NCBI RefSeq assembly: GCF_041146345.1
Contig: NW_027191405.1
Location: forward strand, 1,116,001-1,180,000
From: Neodothiora populina
Lineage: Eukaryota
Direction of reading: 5' to 3'
Length of the DNA: 64,000 bases
Both the position numbers and the translations under genes were made by a program. Each line of letters begins with the position of its first letter. The first letter of the stretch is position 1. A model generated the notes under the pieces. It ran no database searches, was not told where the DNA came from, and was given only the letters and a program-made list of their open reading frames with translations. Of the stretch, positions 62,125-64,000 are shown in pieces.

Positions 62125-62843
62125 GTGCATGGTGCAGCAATCTGCCATTTCTCCTCTACTCACGCGCAAGAACTTTTATAGATGTGAAGTAAAGCAGATA
62201 GACGCCAGATACAAATTGCAAGATTCATGCAGCATGTTGATAAGTAGACCCGCCTTGTCACATGTCAATTGCTGCCCCAGATCATCATTCCCCAGAAAAC
62301 ATCTCATAACCACGTGGAGAATAGCATGTGAATTAGAAGACCATGACGATCCTAGCAACGCCCACTGAACCAAAGTACTACAGGCTGCCAGAAAAGAACG
62401 TGAACCGGAGTAGTTTAGCGGATAAGTTCAAGTAAAGTAAGGTAAGGTAGGTGAAGGTAGAGTGCGGAGAAACAAAGCAAGAAACATACTGTCGTCATCG
62501 ATCCTCCCTCCTCTCGTTACACTGACTTGCAAGTAGGTATGGCCCATCGAACAACCGTTGTGTGTCCCGAGGTTATAGTAAGAGAGACTAAGCATAAGGT
62601 ATGTGTTGTAAATAGTATATAATAAGGTCCAAAGAGCCAGTAGTGTCTTGCACCTTAACTTATCCTCTCTTAGTCGTGAATGTTGTAGTCTTGGAATCAG
62701 ATATAAAGAGCTGCATAAGAATAATTCGAGCTCACTTTGTTGATTCACCTATTCACCTTGTATCTCTACCTTGTGCATTCACCAGAAAGGGAGTAGAGAA
62801 CCACTCTCAACAGAAGCAAGACAGGATTGTTTCGATCGAAACA

Positions 62844-63263
62844 ATGGCACAAGTGAGTCCCTCTCATCCTTTTCCTCTGAATGCCGTCTGCTATAAACAT
62901 CCCCAACGAAGTCAACTCCACTCCATCCAAAAGCCCTACTAATTTACATGTCCGGTACAGAAAACCCTCAAAGACACCACCAAAGCAAATCCAACCCAAC
63001 TAGGCGACCCTGTATCCCTAAAAGCCGAAAGCTCCAATACCTCGCCTACAGAGCATGACAGACCCAACAAGCAAACCGACAAATCGGAGGGCAAGAAGAG
63101 TTTGAAACAGCTTGCAGAAGCCAATCCGACGCAGTTGGGAGATCCGATCAGTCTGAAAGCAGAGACGTCGGATACGAATCCTACTGATGAGACGAGAGGG
63201 GCTGTTGCTGATAATGCTACGCCTGCACCGCCGAGGGAGAAGGTTGTTAAGCCGAAATTGTGA
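62844..63263 (+). CDS. Small (103 aa) hydrophilic protein with two ANPTQLGDPxSLKAE repeats and C-terminal PKL
   Basis: ACA-ATG GCA CAA, intron 62853-62960 (GTGAGT..TACTAAT..TACAG), exon 62961-63263. The two repeats differ mostly at synonymous positions. Confidence 0.8.
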
Positions 63264-63458
63264 GGGGGGGGGGGAATTTCACTTATTCGCAGAGTGCAAA
63301 GTGAAAGGTAGTGAAAGAGGAGAGGGGAAGTGGGTAGAGGTGTCAAGCATGGAGCAGCAGAGCGGTCGAAATGAACGAATGAGTGAATGACTTGAGCTTT
63401 CTAGGGTATATATCTCGCCTTTCTTTGTAAGTAAACAGTACTTCATCGAGTAGTCTCC

Positions 63459-64000
63459 TCAATGATGGTTATAGCGTCTCCGTCTGCCTTTGGTTCGGCC
63501 TTCCTCTTCCACCTCCTCTTCCTCTTTGCCCTTGAGCAGATCCGTGTCGAGTTTCCACTCGCTTATGTCGTACCAGTCCTCGCCATCACTCATCTCACCA
63601 ACGTGACCCTCTGCTTTGGCCCATCGGTAGACGTTCTTCCGCATACGGTCGGCCTTCAAGAGACGATCGAGCATGTACTCGGCCTCGCGCACCACCTGAT
63701 CCTGCTTCTGAACAAACAGAATCAGGAGTCGGCGTGTCTCCTCGGCTTCGTCAACGGGCAGGCCAAAGTCTCGGTCAGGCAAAGCGACCGAGGGTAGATG
63801 AAAAAAGCCGTGAATGGGAGGTATGGAGGAAGGAGCGGGCGATGGCGACTGGTCATCGTTACGATTGGGCGACGTGGGAGTGCGAGCTCTGGCGCGGGTC
63901 GTCATGCGATGTTGGGTCTGATTCGAAGGCGAGTCGGCTGACGAGGCAGCATCTGCGCTCGTTGGAGTTGGTGAAGTGCCATGCGTGGCTTTTGCGATTC
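63459..64000 (-). CDS. RXT2: Rxt2-like Rpd3L histone deacetylase complex subunit, 3' part (5' end beyond the window)
   Basis: DRDFGLPVDEAEETRRLL..VQKQ..LLKADRMRKNV..WAKAEGHVGEMSDGEDWYD matches my recollection of filamentous-fungal Rxt2 C-termini. Confidence 0.7.
   Translation of the reverse strand, partial: IAKATHGTSPTPTSADAASSADSPSNQTQHRMTTRARARTPTSPNRNDDQSPSPAPSSIPPIHGFFHLPSVALPDRDFGLPVDEAEETRRLLILFVQKQDQVVREAEYMLDRLLKADRMRKNVYRWAKAEGHVGEMSDGEDWYDISEWKLDTDLLKGKEEEEVEEEGRTKGRRRRYNHH

Noticed and set aside
62939..63346. 135-aa minus-strand ORF in the ORF track
   Set aside because: It is the antisense of the + strand spliced repeat gene, which has splice signals and synonymous repeat divergence.
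1..64000. tRNA, 5S rRNA, transposons, CRISPR arrays and TGA-CTA readthrough PTS1 signals
   Set aside because: No such signatures recognised by eye; none of the enzyme-gene stop codons I checked had readthrough context leading to an SKL-like end.

Overview
Gene-dense, intron-containing chromosomal DNA from a filamentous ascomycete (Pezizomycotina; a Dothideomycete is a guess from protein style). Most introns are short GT-AG introns (about 50-70 nt) with CTRAY-like branch sites. About 27 protein-coding loci are present, mostly housekeeping: PRP46, ORC1, prefoldin 5, cpcA/GCN4, a HAD hydrolase, EMP24, GCN20, a VPS9-ankyrin-PX protein, OLA1, a branched-chain aminotransferase, SCY1, DIS3, VMA13, DPP3, a JmjC protein, CCDC25, NAS6, SGM1, a nitrilase and partial RXT2. 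No intact transposon, tRNA, rRNA or CRISPR array was recognised. The most interesting signals are at the RNA-processing and translation level. (1) CCDC25 only yields its conserved protein if a single-nucleotide exon (G54309) is spliced between two introns. (2) The cpcA/GCN4 leader has two uORFs, a perfect TGACTCA site and a 163-codon stop-free in-frame region with near-cognate starts. (3) An snR69-like C/D snoRNA sits in the enlarged OLA1 intron 2. (4) The nitrilase gene's first intron ends in AT rather than AG. (5) An unannotated 103-aa tandem-repeat protein ends in PKL. (6) DPP3 has an upstream in-frame ATG encoding a mitochondrial-type presequence. Family assignments come from motif recognition only; no searches were run.
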